IMG/VR virus record: IMGVR_UViG_3300016667_000726
Location: 82,083 to 123,674 of that record
Reading direction: 5' to 3' (one strand)
DNA from: a virus
DNA: 41,592 nt
Part shown: positions 18,816-29,086 of the stretch, in pieces
Numbering within the stretch: position 1 is the first letter of the stretch
Layout: the number at the start of each line of letters is the position of its first letter
The notes under the pieces: generated by a model
The model's database searches: none
Seen by the model: the letters and a program-made list of their open reading frames with translations, nothing else
Told to the model about the DNA's origin: nothing
Made by a program: the position numbers and the translations under genes

Positions 18816-19343
18816 ATGGCTGGCACATACTTTGAGATTCTTCGGCCCGGGTACAGCACCCTGACCACGCATGACCTGCCCTACACCAATGGCACTGGTG
18901 AGACGGGCGTCCAGGTCTTCAATCCCCTCTCGGCCCGTCCCCTCATCGAGGGTGAGTGGCTCCAGTATGACTCGACCCAGGGCAGCTGGTTTGCCACCCG
19001 TGGTGGCTTGAACTCGGCCTCCCCCGGTACCCCGGCTAATGAGGGTACTGTCATGGCGTGGCCGCACTGGCTCGAGCGCGGTCGTTTCGACGCGCAGACC
19101 CGTCAGTACGCGCACCTCCTGAAGGGGCCTGCGGGCTTCTCCTTCCGTACTCGCGTCTGCGACTCAACCGGCCTCGCTGTTGGCGACCTGGTGTCGGTGT
19201 GGGACATTGACCTAGGTGACGGCGTTGTCCGTCGCGGTCTAGCAGCCGCCACCAGCGGCGGCATCTGGGCAGTCGGCGTGGTCGAGCGTGTCTTCGGGAC
19301 GAACGACATCGCCGTGTTCTTCCACCCGCAGTACATCCCCTGA
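18816..19343 (+). CDS. Putative capsid decoration/cement protein
   Basis: AGGAG RBS; beta-rich 175 aa directly upstream of the capsid gene. Function is positional inference. Confidence 0.5.
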   Translation: MAGTYFEILRPGYSTLTTHDLPYTNGTGETGVQVFNPLSARPLIEGEWLQYDSTQGSWFATRGGLNSASPGTPANEGTVMAWPHWLERGRFDAQTRQYAHLLKGPAGFSFRTRVCDSTGLAVGDLVSVWDIDLGDGVVRRGLAAATSGGIWAVGVVERVFGTNDIAVFFHPQYIP

Positions 19344-19384
19344 TCTCCTGATCAGCATCCCTTCAACCTTCTTAGGAGATCCCC

Positions 19385-20563
19385 ATGACACCCGATACTG
19401 GCTTCCAGTTCGACGCTGAGCAGTACAACACCGGCTTCATCGAGCGCCTCAACTCGGGGCAGGAGAAGGAGGCCGCTGCCCAGGCCCTCAACTTCATCCG
19501 CGATCGTCTCCGCGAGAACTGCTTCTCGGACATGATCCTCCCGCCCCGCCGCGTTCAGCGCGCTGAGCTGGAGCGCTCGGTCAACCACGACACGCTCGTC
19601 TACATCGACGAGATCGAGCCGGGTTCCCGCGCGATGTCGCTGACCTTCCGCGGCCAGCCCTCCGCCACCTACGTCTCCGGCAAGCGTTACGCGATCAGCT
19701 TCTGGACGATCAGCTCGCTCAAGTTCGAGATCATCGAGCAGGAGCTTGCGGCGTACCGGATGCCGATTACGCGCATCATCGAGGAGAACTCGATCAAGGA
19801 CATGCTCGAGGTCAAGGACCGCGAGTTCATCAGCCACGTCGACGCTTGTGTCGAAGCGATGCAGTCGGAGGGCAACGGCGGCGCCGTCGCGTTCACCGGC
19901 TCGGCCGTTGACGCGGGTTCGGTTGTCGGCGTGTCCAAGCTGAAGGGCCTTCTGGCCGTCCAGCGCGGTGCCGGCGGTACGGACGACTTCCTCCCTCTGG
20001 CCATCCAGAAGGTTGACGTCATCGAGATCAAGCGCCTCCTCAAGCGCGAGATCTTCGACTCGGCTGGTGTGCGCGTCCGCAAGGCGCGTCTCCGTCCGTC
20101 CGTGATGCTCGCCACCGAGGCGGACACCGACAACTTCGACCAGTGGACCACCGAGGACAAGGGCGAGCAGCTCCAGTCCAAGACCACGATCGAGGGCTAC
20201 GGCTACGACCAGTCGGTCGGCCTGCGCATCATCCGCACGATCAAGAACGACATTCTCCGCGAGGGCAATGTCTACGTCTTCACCGAGGCGGACTTCTTCG
20301 GCCGGAACTTCATCTACAACGACATCAAGTTCTACGTCGACAAGATCGCGAACCGCATCTTCTGGCAGGCGTGGATGGACATCGGTATGGGCTTCGGCAA
20401 CATCGCCTCGGTGGTGAAGCTTGAGCTCTACTCGGGTTCGGTCACCCCCACGGCCGAGACCGCTGGCTTTGCCCGCGCGGTCCCGATCGACGAAGAGGGT
20501 ATCGGCGCGGTCAACAACTTCGTGGCGCAGGGCCTCACCTTCCCGAAGGTTGTGATCTACTGA
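19385..20563 (+). CDS. Major capsid protein (probable HK97 fold)
   Basis: AGGAG RBS; visibly the strongest C/G-ending codon bias in the window; 392 aa; IRDRLRE-x2-F-x3-ILP N-terminal arm; followed by a strong hairpin. Confidence 0.8.
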   Translation: MTPDTGFQFDAEQYNTGFIERLNSGQEKEAAAQALNFIRDRLRENCFSDMILPPRRVQRAELERSVNHDTLVYIDEIEPGSRAMSLTFRGQPSATYVSGKRYAISFWTISSLKFEIIEQELAAYRMPITRIIEENSIKDMLEVKDREFISHVDACVEAMQSEGNGGAVAFTGSAVDAGSVVGVSKLKGLLAVQRGAGGTDDFLPLAIQKVDVIEIKRLLKREIFDSAGVRVRKARLRPSVMLATEADTDNFDQWTTEDKGEQLQSKTTIEGYGYDQSVGLRIIRTIKNDILREGNVYVFTEADFFGRNFIYNDIKFYVDKIANRIFWQAWMDIGMGFGNIASVVKLELYSGSVTPTAETAGFARAVPIDEEGIGAVNNFVAQGLTFPKVVIY

Positions 20564-20593
20564 TCCAACTGAGGTGGGTTACCGCTCGCCTCA

Positions 20594-20640
20594 ACGGCCC
20601 CGATACCTTACAATGAGGGTATCGGGGCCGTCCTTCTTTA
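20594..20640 (+). terminator. Intrinsic terminator after the capsid gene
   Basis: 14-bp perfect stem ACGGCCCCGATACC / GGTATCGGGGCCGT followed by CCTTCTTTA. Confidence 0.75.
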
Positions 20641-20663
20641 GGCATCACAACGGAGAGTTCAAA

Positions 20664-21317
20664 ATGAAGTCAGCTGAGCTGCTTGTTACCAACGTGATTC
20701 TCGATCCGACGTACAAGCCCGTAAAGCTAAACCTGGTTGGGGCTATGCTCCGTCCAGTGATTGCCGGGAGGGCACTTCCTCCTCGCGGCACCCGCATCCT
20801 CTCTGTCTCTGAGCTGACAGAGTCTATCATCTCGGACATTGCTCGCGGGATGGATCATGGAGCCCTTCGCGTCCGAGCGCGGGTAGGGTCTCAGCGCGAT
20901 CTGACCCTCGACGAGATTCGAAAGCTCGCAGGACTTCCGGTTTTGTCGGCTCCGGTGGAGGTCTCTGCTGGGTTGCCGTTGTCCCAGGAGGAGCCTGCAC
21001 CGGAGCCGACTCTGGTAGCAGATGTAGTCGCGGAACCCGAGCCAGTCGTTGAGCCCGTCGTTGCGGAGGAGCCGGTTGCTCCTGTGGCTGAGGAACCCGC
21101 TGCGCCGGTGGCTGCCGTCGATGATCTTCTTGAGCCTGAGCCCGCTCCGGCTGCCGAGGAGAAGTCGCTCTACGACGCTGACAAGCTCATGGCTCTCAAG
21201 AGCGATCAGCTGTCGGAGATCTTGGTCTCTGAGTTTGAGTACCCTGCCGACCAGCTCTACAAGCTCAAGACCAAGCAGGCTAAGATCGACGAGATCCTAG
21301 CGCGTCAGGGGGTGTGA
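20664..21317 (+). CDS. Hypothetical protein with E/P/A/V-rich linker and C-terminal helix-extension-helix-like motif
   Basis: GGAGAG RBS before ATG 20664; the longer call from 20574 runs through the terminator. Confidence 0.7.
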   Translation: MKSAELLVTNVILDPTYKPVKLNLVGAMLRPVIAGRALPPRGTRILSVSELTESIISDIARGMDHGALRVRARVGSQRDLTLDEIRKLAGLPVLSAPVEVSAGLPLSQEEPAPEPTLVADVVAEPEPVVEPVVAEEPVAPVAEEPAAPVAAVDDLLEPEPAPAAEEKSLYDADKLMALKSDQLSEILVSEFEYPADQLYKLKTKQAKIDEILARQGV

Positions 21318-21318
21318 T

Positions 21319-21765
21319 TTGGCCCAGATCCTAGCTAACAACATCTCGGATCGGACCAATCCTCCCGGCGGTGCTCGCGCTGTCGACATTGGTGCCGTGC
21401 GAATCTGGCCCGGACGTTGCGCTCTAGTGGCGTCTGAGGACATTACTGCATCAGTGCAGGCCCTAAGGGGTTCGTACCTGGAGTTTGGTCATCTACCCGC
21501 AGAGTACCTAGCTAGTCCTCCTGCGCCTACCGAGCCGATGACCGAGGACGAGCTGCGTGCTAAGCTAGAGAAGATGAGCCTCAAGGCGCTCTACGACTTG
21601 GCCGAGGGCATTACGCCTACTCCCACAAAGCGCCCGAACGCTGCACGCATGGTGCACGCGATCCTGCGTGCGTGCCGGAACCCTGATTCCCTGGACCCAG
21701 CGAAGTTCTTCTTCACTCGGCATTGGAAGAAGGTTGGCCCGGATACCTACGTTCCCGTGGAGTGA
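21319..21765 (+). CDS. Hypothetical protein
   Basis: TTG start 1 nt after the upstream stop; LEKMSLKALYDLA helix motif. Confidence 0.6.
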   Translation: MAQILANNISDRTNPPGGARAVDIGAVRIWPGRCALVASEDITASVQALRGSYLEFGHLPAEYLASPPAPTEPMTEDELRAKLEKMSLKALYDLAEGITPTPTKRPNAARMVHAILRACRNPDSLDPAKFFFTRHWKKVGPDTYVPVE

Positions 21766-21768
21766 CTC

Positions 21769-22287
21769 ATGGCGTACGATCTTGGGCTAGTCACGGGAGA
21801 GACAACACCTATCCCGTCCGCCAGTGCTCGAATGAACCAGATCATCATCATGGTTCAGGAGTACATGCGTGACGCGCCCGAGCTCAACCGCCTTATCCAG
21901 GGCCAAGAATCCAGCCCGCGCCAGATTGCTTGGGCGGTGCTGGACGCCCTCGACTACTACAACTCTACGCCTCCCTTCATGGGACGCGTAAGCCTGCACA
22001 ACTTCCCGTCTATGCACCTCTTGCTTCGACTAGCAGTGGCCACACTGTTGGAGAGCATCTCGCTGCTACAGGCACGTAATCATCTCACGTTCAGCGACGG
22101 CGGCATCACCGTCTCCGTGTCTGACAAGCACCAGATGCTTATGAGCTGGGCTCAGATGTACAGAGCGTCGGCGGAGCAGCGTACTCGCCACATCAAGCGC
22201 GCGATTAATGTCGAGATGGCGATGCAGGGTACCGGAGCCTTCTCTGAGTACTTCGTCATCAACGGCGTCTACATCCCCGGTTACTGA
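21769..22287 (+). CDS. Putative head-tail adaptor (neck) protein
   Basis: Helical 172-aa protein with FSDGGITVSV hairpin, located between capsid and tail genes. Confidence 0.55.
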   Translation: MAYDLGLVTGETTPIPSASARMNQIIIMVQEYMRDAPELNRLIQGQESSPRQIAWAVLDALDYYNSTPPFMGRVSLHNFPSMHLLLRLAVATLLESISLLQARNHLTFSDGGITVSVSDKHQMLMSWAQMYRASAEQRTRHIKRAINVEMAMQGTGAFSEYFVINGVYIPGY

Positions 22288-22295
22288 GGTCCAAC

Positions 22296-23177
22296 ATGAT
22301 CCAGTTTGCGGGTATTAAGGTCCGCTCCTTTGCGGTGAACTACTACGATATCTACTGGGAGCTCGAGCCTCACAACTCGGACATCCAGGAGTGGCAGTTC
22401 TTCGTGGATCGCTCCTCTGTGGAGAATGGCGAGTTTGTTCAGATTGCGGGACCGTTGACGGACCAATACTACCTACGCGACAACATCGTCCATACGCTGT
22501 CCCAAGCTAGAACTTGGTTCTACCGCGTCAGGGCTGTCCGTATTGCGGACGGATACGAGATCACATCCGACTCCTCTGACGCAGACGGAGAGTCTGACCT
22601 GATCTGCGAAGAGATTGTACGCAACGAGTACGTCATGTGGCGAGAGTACTCGGGCATCGCAATCTGGCTGTTCGCTAAGAGGACATTTGGGCAGAGATGC
22701 CCCTCGTGCTTCAACCCCCGGCTAGGCAAGACGACCACGCCATCCTGCGAGGTCTGCTGGGGCACCGGCTACTCTGGTGGATATCACCGCCCGGTAAAGA
22801 TCTGGGGAGAGATTCAGGGCAACCATGATCTACAGATCCAACGCACTGTGGACGATCAGAAGGCGGTCTCCGGTGCGATCTTCACTGGCCCGCCATCCCC
22901 GGACGTTGCAGTAGGCGACCTACTCGTAGACGCTCGAAATCGTCGATGGCTGGTGACGGCCGTAGGCGGCTCAATGCGACTTGGAGTTACTGTGCGGCAA
23001 CAGCACGTACTAATCCCAGTCGAGAGATCTCAGATCCAGTTTAAGGTGCCACTCAAGATTGATACCTCAACGGAGGAACTGCGAGGAGCCAGAAACTTCT
23101 CGAATCCGCAGAACCTAGAAGCGGCAAAGCGTGATACCTCGTACGAAGACATCCTAAGAGTGTATGGGTTCGGATGA
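22296..23177 (+). CDS. Putative head closure/neck protein with zinc finger
   Basis: N-terminal FN3-like beta domain; RCPSC...CEVCWGTGYSGGY; GDLLVD-x4-RW-x-V beta-barrel motif. Confidence 0.55.
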   Translation: MIQFAGIKVRSFAVNYYDIYWELEPHNSDIQEWQFFVDRSSVENGEFVQIAGPLTDQYYLRDNIVHTLSQARTWFYRVRAVRIADGYEITSDSSDADGESDLICEEIVRNEYVMWREYSGIAIWLFAKRTFGQRCPSCFNPRLGKTTTPSCEVCWGTGYSGGYHRPVKIWGEIQGNHDLQIQRTVDDQKAVSGAIFTGPPSPDVAVGDLLVDARNRRWLVTAVGGSMRLGVTVRQQHVLIPVERSQIQFKVPLKIDTSTEELRGARNFSNPQNLEAAKRDTSYEDILRVYGFG

Positions 23178-23554
23178 GTAACCAAGACACACAGACTCCC
23201 CCCAAGAAGGGCCTATTCCAGGAAGTCAAGCCTCGGTGGATTGCTGAGAATCTTGGCCTGGCTGCCCTAGGCTTTGGTCTTGGGCATCTTGCTGGAGGGG
23301 GTCTTGCGGGGCTGGCGGCAGGGCACCCCATCGTCCAAAATCTGTCTCCTACGGCTAAACGTCGCGTTACTCATGTTGTTCGCGCAATTGGGGGCGCAGG
23401 TGGGGCAGGCACAGCATTTGCGCTCAACCAAATGCGCCTGGCCATGAATGAACGTCTTAGGCAGAAGAGACTCGCCGAGGATGCCAAGAACAAGAAGGAA
23501 GCTCCATCCCCAGAGAAGGTGGCATCAGTGCTACTAGAAAGAGGGTGGAGATGA
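23174..23554 (+). CDS. Small glycine-zipper membrane protein with terminal EKVAS
   Basis: GLAALGFGLGHLAGGGLAG; ATGA overlap with upstream gene. Confidence 0.6.
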   Translation: MSNQDTQTPPKKGLFQEVKPRWIAENLGLAALGFGLGHLAGGGLAGLAAGHPIVQNLSPTAKRRVTHVVRAIGGAGGAGTAFALNQMRLAMNERLRQKRLAEDAKNKKEAPSPEKVASVLLERGWR

Positions 23555-24399
23555 GCAATCCGCGTGGCGCAACAGTCGGGCCGCAGTCGGGTCTCGGGTT
23601 TGACCCAGACCTGTACTTCCTAGAGCTGTACGTCGCGTTTCTTCAGGGATGGTTCAACTTCTTGCCGCTGGATCACGAGTTCCACTGGGAGCCAGATCTA
23701 GAGCACTCCCGTGTGGCGATTCGAGGTGAGGCACCCGTAGACTTCACGGTGATGGAGTCACGCCCTCTGATCACCGTCATCTGGGGACCAACTGCGACCC
23801 AGAGTCTAGGCATGGACAACTTCGTATCTAGGTCGGGAGAGACCAATCTCTTCACCGATATGGAGTCTGGGACCTTTGTTGTCTACGCTGTGGCTCACGG
23901 CGATATCCAGGCAAAGCGCCTGGCGCGTCTGATTGCCCATGCGACTAGATCCTCCCGCAAGCTCCTTGAGGGTCCTGGAGGATTCCACGCGATTGGGAGA
24001 GTTGGGCTCTCCATCAACTCTCCAAGTCCTCCGGGGGCACTTGTGATGGGCGCCCCTGATTACAATGACCTGGTTATGGTTCAGGTCAATGTTCCCATTC
24101 AGTTTCAGCTCTCTTGGACGGTTGCTCCTGGGAGATCTCCTCCCCAGCACCGCACCTTGGACATGATCACCCAGCAGACACGCGCTCGTGACTACGTGTA
24201 CCCTTCCCCAGTAGAACTTACGGAGGTACATTTGGGTGATCCTAATTGGAGCACCAGGGCTACCGCGGGTGTTAATCTACTTCCGCGAACAGTCCGCATC
24301 ATTCGAGGAGCCTACGCTGCTCGACCCGCTACCGTGCAGATCGGTGATGGGATAGATGGTTTCCAACAGTCGGACCTCTCTAAGACCGTTGAGGAGTAG
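23551..24399 (+). CDS. Putative tail completion/terminator protein
   Basis: Immediately upstream of the sheath gene; alpha/beta pattern. Positional inference. Confidence 0.5.
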   Translation: MSNPRGATVGPQSGLGFDPDLYFLELYVAFLQGWFNFLPLDHEFHWEPDLEHSRVAIRGEAPVDFTVMESRPLITVIWGPTATQSLGMDNFVSRSGETNLFTDMESGTFVVYAVAHGDIQAKRLARLIAHATRSSRKLLEGPGGFHAIGRVGLSINSPSPPGALVMGAPDYNDLVMVQVNVPIQFQLSWTVAPGRSPPQHRTLDMITQQTRARDYVYPSPVELTEVHLGDPNWSTRATAGVNLLPRTVRIIRGAYAARPATVQIGDGIDGFQQSDLSKTVEE

Positions 24400-24401
24400 A
24401 C

Positions 24402-27400
24402 ATGGCCACCCCTTCTGAGAATCGCCCAGGCGTAGTCGTCGAGCAACAGATCGCTCAGACGCCCACCCTCGTGTCTGCCCCTACCTTGGTGCCGATGGTG
24501 GTCGGCCCCTGCAAGCAGATCGTTGAGACTCTAAATACTTCGGGCGGCCTAAACGCCGACGCGAAGTACGCCAAGTCCAACTACAATCAGCGTGCGCTGT
24601 TCATCCCGAAGGCTGACTTCCCGGATCCCCGCAGCAACATGGATGAACTGATCATCGACGGTACGACTGTCGAGGCATCGCTGAACTTTGGTGGCTCCCT
24701 CCGCTCAATCCCTCGCGGGTCGAACGGCACATTCGGGTCATCGTTCTTGAACACTGCGTTGGGAATCACGGGTCACCCCGCCATCCTCTCCGCGCTGACT
24801 GAGCCGTTCTCGTTCGATCCGACTGTCGGCGATGCGATTGTGCTTGCCTTCGACGCGACCAATCCTCTCGATGTCAGCAAGGACTTCTCTGTCATCCTCA
24901 AGGATACGCTGACGGCTCAGGATGTAGCGGACGCGGTCAACGCCGCTGCGGGCCAGACTGTCGCGCGTGCCTACGATGACGGCGGCGGTAACGTCTACGT
25001 CATGTTCTACTCCACCAAGGCTAGCGCTGCGGGTAGCGTGACGCTCCGCGCGGGAGCTTCCGCACTCAAGCTCCTGTTCGGTGCAGGCTTCGATGACTCC
25101 CAGGACTACCGCGTCACAGGCGCCGGTTTCCGCGCTCAGGATGACCTGGACTCAGACCTGACCTCGCCCTGGATTGAGTTCACGGGCGGTGAGTACCTTG
25201 AGGGCGTCAGCGGCACCTGGACCGCGACTACCTTCCCAGGAGCTACACCGGTCAACGCAATCTGGGCGGCGATTGTTGCTCTGGATCCAGAGACTGGGAT
25301 TGCTGACCTCGATTCGTTCACCTCGGGACCCACGGCAGTTGGTCTCGACTTCACGGATACGTCGTCGAGCAACCTGATCCCTCTGAAGGCAGCTACCGCC
25401 TCCGTTGCGGGCGACACCTTCTGGTTTGACGGCCAGAACCTTCAGAGCAACGAGGTCATTCGCCTGGAGCCTACCCGCTTCAAGCTAGGCAAGCTCAATG
25501 TGGGCCGCTCGACCTTCGACGACAACGGCGTGGCCACCTCTCGGGTCTACGACCAGATCGAGGTCAATCTCATCGTCCACCCCGCGCCGTTCGCTCCCTC
25601 CTTCACCTGGATTAAGGCTCAGGGCCTTGTCTTCCCTGGTGACGGCACTGGCGTAGCTGCGTCCATCACTGGCGACAACCAGGCGACCGTGGCCAAGGCC
25701 GCAATCATCCAGAGCGATGAGATCACCTTCGGCGGCGGTCTCGCTGTTGCGGGACTCACGCTTCTCCTCACGGTCACTGAGGATGATGTCGCTCTCGATC
25801 AAGCGACTGTCACCCTAGTTGGCGGCCCCTTCGCCAATGCCACCGCTCTCGCAGTCGGAGTCAACACGGCGCTGACGACCGCTGGCCTGAACTCGAAGGT
25901 ATCCGCTACTTCAAGCGGTAATCGTCTGGTTCTCGTGACGGCTAAGACTGGCGCAGGTCAGGCGCTGGCGCTGTCCGCAAGTGGAACTGCCAACAGCGCG
26001 CTGGAGTTCTCTACGGTCGCGGCCACGACCTCTACGGGTATCGACCCGGAGTTCGCGGCTCCAGCCGTAGTGACGGGCTCGGCCCTGACGTTCCCTCTCA
26101 CCACGGGCTCGTTGACTTACGAGCTGCTCATCATCGACAACTACGGCACCCACACGCTCACTGAGACAGTGAACCTGGGTGGCGGTACGGTTGCGAACAT
26201 GGCCGCCCTGATCACCGCGCTGTCCACCGCCTTTGGTGGCGGTGCTGGCGGTGAGATCTACGACGGCTACGTGCATGTCGCGACCCTCAGCGACGATGGT
26301 GCGGGCGCCCTCATTGTCACGACGACCGACGTCGGAGCCGATGTCAGCATCGACCTGACCGCAGGTGTTGGTGATGGCTTCACGCTCCTAGGCTTCACCG
26401 ATGGCGTGGATGCAGAGGCAGATGGCGTGGATGGCCTAAAGGGCACCCAGCTGCTCATGCAGTTCGACGTGAACCCCTCGGTCTTCACGGCCGACTTCAC
26501 AACGAACTCGCTCTCTGATGCGGTTGACGAGATCAACTCCGCAGTGAGCGGTGACGCTCCGGTTGCCGAGGCCACGGCACTTCGCGAGATCAAGATCAGC
26601 TCTACGCTGCTTGGTGTTGCGTCGCGCGTTGAGGCCGATACCGCCAGCTCCGCTGCCTCGGTGTTCGGTTTCACCGTCCTCCTCAACAACTTCTCGGATA
26701 CCGGGTCAGGCCGTCCGCTCCCCGACTTCTACCTAGACAACAATGGTAGCGCGCATGTCGGGGCGCAGATCCTGCGTGATCGCCTAACGGGCATCCCATA
26801 CAGCCTGTCTTCGGCGATTGCGGGCCTCTACGTCGCGTACGAGGCCCTGCGCCTCGACGTATCCTCTGCCGCTGCCTCTCCCGACATCCTGACCTTTGAG
26901 TCTACGACAGACCTTGAGGCAGGAATCGGTCCGATTAGCCCCCGCAACCCTCTGGCTCTTGGCATGTTCCTCGCCAAGATCAACTGCCCGGGGTTCGGAG
27001 TCTCGGGTCTTGGCCTTGATGAGACGAATGCCGCTGCTCCGGAAGGCACGGTCGATGCGTGGGCTCGCGCCCTTGAACTCCTTGAGAGCAAGGAGGTCTA
27101 CGGCATCGCCGCCCTCCAGCGCGAGCCTGCGATCAACACCTTGATCATGGGCCACGTCCTCGCGATGTCGGAGCCTTTGGCGCGCGGGGAGCGCATTGCG
27201 CTTCTCTGGCAGGACAGCCCGACCAGGGCCGCCCCTGTCACCGTCACCTCAGGTGTGGGTGCCGAGACGAATGGCATCAACAACTCCCTCACGCTCGATG
27301 AGAACCCTGCCGACGAGTTGATCGGTCTAGGCTTCAACGTCACGCTGCCGCTCCCGGCCAGCGCGGGCGTGTACCTTGAGGCGCTCATCACGGAGTCTGG

Positions 27401-28232
27401 CTCGACCCGCCTGGTCCGCTACAGCATCCAGGACGTCTCGGGTGTTGCAGTCACCTTCCGCACCAGCTTCGCTACCGGCGAGAATGATGACGGCTTCTAC
27501 ACCACGCTGACTCTCGATGGCATGTCGAACCTCACGGGGATCGACTGGACCATCAAGGTTCGTGGCGCTCCGCTCGTCATTACGGGCACCTCGATTCCTA
27601 ACCTCGGCGGCATCATGCAGGCTGCGGCGGACGAGGCAGAGGCGTACGGCAGCCGCCGCGTCTACCTCGCCTACGCGGACTCGGTTGATGTCCCGCTGGA
27701 CGGCATCACCCAGAATGTCCCGCCCTACTACGCGATGGCCGCTATCGCTGGTCTGGTTGGCAGCCGTAATCCGAGCCTCCCTCTGACGCAGGTTGCGCTG
27801 GCGGGTCTAGCCAAGGTTTACGGAACAGACGACCGCTTCTCTGAGGCCCAGCTTGACGTTGCCTCCGATGGTGGCCGCCTCGTACTTGTGAACTCCGGTG
27901 CTACGGTAGTCCCCCGGGCATCGTGGTCCACCAACCCAAGCAGCATCGAGAGCCGTGAGCTTAGCATCACGACTCAGATTGACTCCTTGGCGAAGGGCGC
28001 TCGCCTCCTCAACCGCCGGTTCATCGGAGGCCGGGTCATCACCCCGAACCTCCTCGATGAGATTGCGACCGCGAACCAGAGCTACGCTCAGTACGCGTCC
28101 AACAACATCGTGAACTACGCTGAGGTGGATAGCATCCTTCAGGATGAGACCCAGTTGGATCGCATCCTCGTCACCTACAACGTCAGCCCTGCTTACCCCG
28201 CCAACCGCATCAAGGTCACATTCGTCATCTGA
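24402..28232 (+). CDS. Tail sheath protein with large inserted domains
   Basis: N-terminal RPGVVVEQ; C-terminal PPYYAMAAIAGL...PLT, FSEAQLD, SRELSI, FIG, YPANRIKVTFVI, typical of contractile sheaths. Confidence 0.88.
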   Translation: MATPSENRPGVVVEQQIAQTPTLVSAPTLVPMVVGPCKQIVETLNTSGGLNADAKYAKSNYNQRALFIPKADFPDPRSNMDELIIDGTTVEASLNFGGSLRSIPRGSNGTFGSSFLNTALGITGHPAILSALTEPFSFDPTVGDAIVLAFDATNPLDVSKDFSVILKDTLTAQDVADAVNAAAGQTVARAYDDGGGNVYVMFYSTKASAAGSVTLRAGASALKLLFGAGFDDSQDYRVTGAGFRAQDDLDSDLTSPWIEFTGGEYLEGVSGTWTATTFPGATPVNAIWAAIVALDPETGIADLDSFTSGPTAVGLDFTDTSSSNLIPLKAATASVAGDTFWFDGQNLQSNEVIRLEPTRFKLGKLNVGRSTFDDNGVATSRVYDQIEVNLIVHPAPFAPSFTWIKAQGLVFPGDGTGVAASITGDNQATVAKAAIIQSDEITFGGGLAVAGLTLLLTVTEDDVALDQATVTLVGGPFANATALAVGVNTALTTAGLNSKVSATSSGNRLVLVTAKTGAGQALALSASGTANSALEFSTVAATTSTGIDPEFAAPAVVTGSALTFPLTTGSLTYELLIIDNYGTHTLTETVNLGGGTVANMAALITALSTAFGGGAGGEIYDGYVHVATLSDDGAGALIVTTTDVGADVSIDLTAGVGDGFTLLGFTDGVDAEADGVDGLKGTQLLMQFDVNPSVFTADFTTNSLSDAVDEINSAVSGDAPVAEATALREIKISSTLLGVASRVEADTASSAASVFGFTVLLNNFSDTGSGRPLPDFYLDNNGSAHVGAQILRDRLTGIPYSLSSAIAGLYVAYEALRLDVSSAAASPDILTFESTTDLEAGIGPISPRNPLALGMFLAKINCPGFGVSGLGLDETNAAAPEGTVDAWARALELLESKEVYGIAALQREPAINTLIMGHVLAMSEPLARGERIALLWQDSPTRAAPVTVTSGVGAETNGINNSLTLDENPADELIGLGFNVTLPLPASAGVYLEALITESGSTRLVRYSIQDVSGVAVTFRTSFATGENDDGFYTTLTLDGMSNLTGIDWTIKVRGAPLVITGTSIPNLGGIMQAAADEAEAYGSRRVYLAYADSVDVPLDGITQNVPPYYAMAAIAGLVGSRNPSLPLTQVALAGLAKVYGTDDRFSEAQLDVASDGGRLVLVNSGATVVPRASWSTNPSSIESRELSITTQIDSLAKGARLLNRRFIGGRVITPNLLDEIATANQSYAQYASNNIVNYAEVDSILQDETQLDRILVTYNVSPAYPANRIKVTFVI

Positions 28233-28267
28233 CCTTGATGTGCGCCCCTCACTAAAGGAGTTGCCCC

Positions 28268-29050
28268 ATGGCCCTACCTACCCCGAAGTCCTTCTCCCTC
28301 CGTCAGCTCCCTCGGCTTGATAGCCGGTGGGCAACGGTTCCCACCCACCGCCGGCTCGACGCACGCGATGTCCTCCTCGAGGAGGGCCTCCGTCTCGTTG
28401 ACCTCCGCAGCCCGTTCGACGGCTACCCCTTCCTTGGGAATATCTCGAAGGTCGCCCCCGACATTAGCAACGGAGCCTACACTGGAGTGGTCATCACCGG
28501 GATGAACCTTCTGGGCGGCGCGACGAAGGGCAGCGCCGTGTTTGGCACAGGCATCTCGTCCCTGACCATCGAGAACGTCCTCCCCGGCAGGAATCCGGTG
28601 ACGTTCAGCATGGTCTCCGGCAATGCCCTGAGCGTCTCGGCTAATCGCTCCACGCGTACGATTGTGGTCACCTTCGACGGCAATCCCTCGGGCGGACTCA
28701 GCAATGCTACCGCCATCGCGGCTGCCATCAATTCCGACGCGAACGCGAAGTTCCTCGTCAATGCTACTGGTGGTGGATCGGGAGACTCGATCAGCGCTGT
28801 TGCGGCGACCGACATCGTGGGAACCTCTGGTGCTCCTGTTGCTCCGGGCTTCCTCTACGACGCAGCGCTCTTCGTCGGTGGCGCCCCGATCACGGGCTCT
28901 ACGTCCGCGGTGGGCGTGCTCGACTGGACGGACACGGCGATCACCTTCGACATGGACGCAAGCGGCCTCACTGCTGGATCTCAGTACCCGGTCGTAGTGA
29001 TGGTCGATGGCGTGCAGACGCTTGCTGGCTTCATGACCGCGGTGGCCTGA
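28268..29050 (+). CDS. Putative tail-associated structural protein
   Basis: AAGGAG RBS; T/S/G/A-rich beta sandwich pattern; shares ATAIAAAIN motif with the sheath inserts. Confidence 0.6.
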   Translation: MALPTPKSFSLRQLPRLDSRWATVPTHRRLDARDVLLEEGLRLVDLRSPFDGYPFLGNISKVAPDISNGAYTGVVITGMNLLGGATKGSAVFGTGISSLTIENVLPGRNPVTFSMVSGNALSVSANRSTRTIVVTFDGNPSGGLSNATAIAAAINSDANAKFLVNATGGGSGDSISAVAATDIVGTSGAPVAPGFLYDAALFVGGAPITGSTSAVGVLDWTDTAITFDMDASGLTAGSQYPVVVMVDGVQTLAGFMTAVA

Positions 29051-29086
29051 TCCAATACCTACCCATCAGCCTAGCTTGGAGCAAAC

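Noticed and set aside
18198-20424. Long antisense and alternate-frame ORFs over the scaffold and capsid genes, and similar ones throughout the window
   Set aside because: Expected shadow ORFs from high GC3 codon bias; no RBS or motifs.
20574-20663. N-terminal extension of the ORF after the capsid gene
   Set aside because: Runs through the terminator; a good RBS precedes ATG 20664.
1590-26433. Short direct repeats (GCGCTTCAGCAG x2 near 1590, GGCTGCGTGGAC x2 near 9851, GATGGCGTGGATG x2 near 26400)
   Set aside because: In-frame coding duplications with two copies only; not CRISPR, att sites or DGR repeats.
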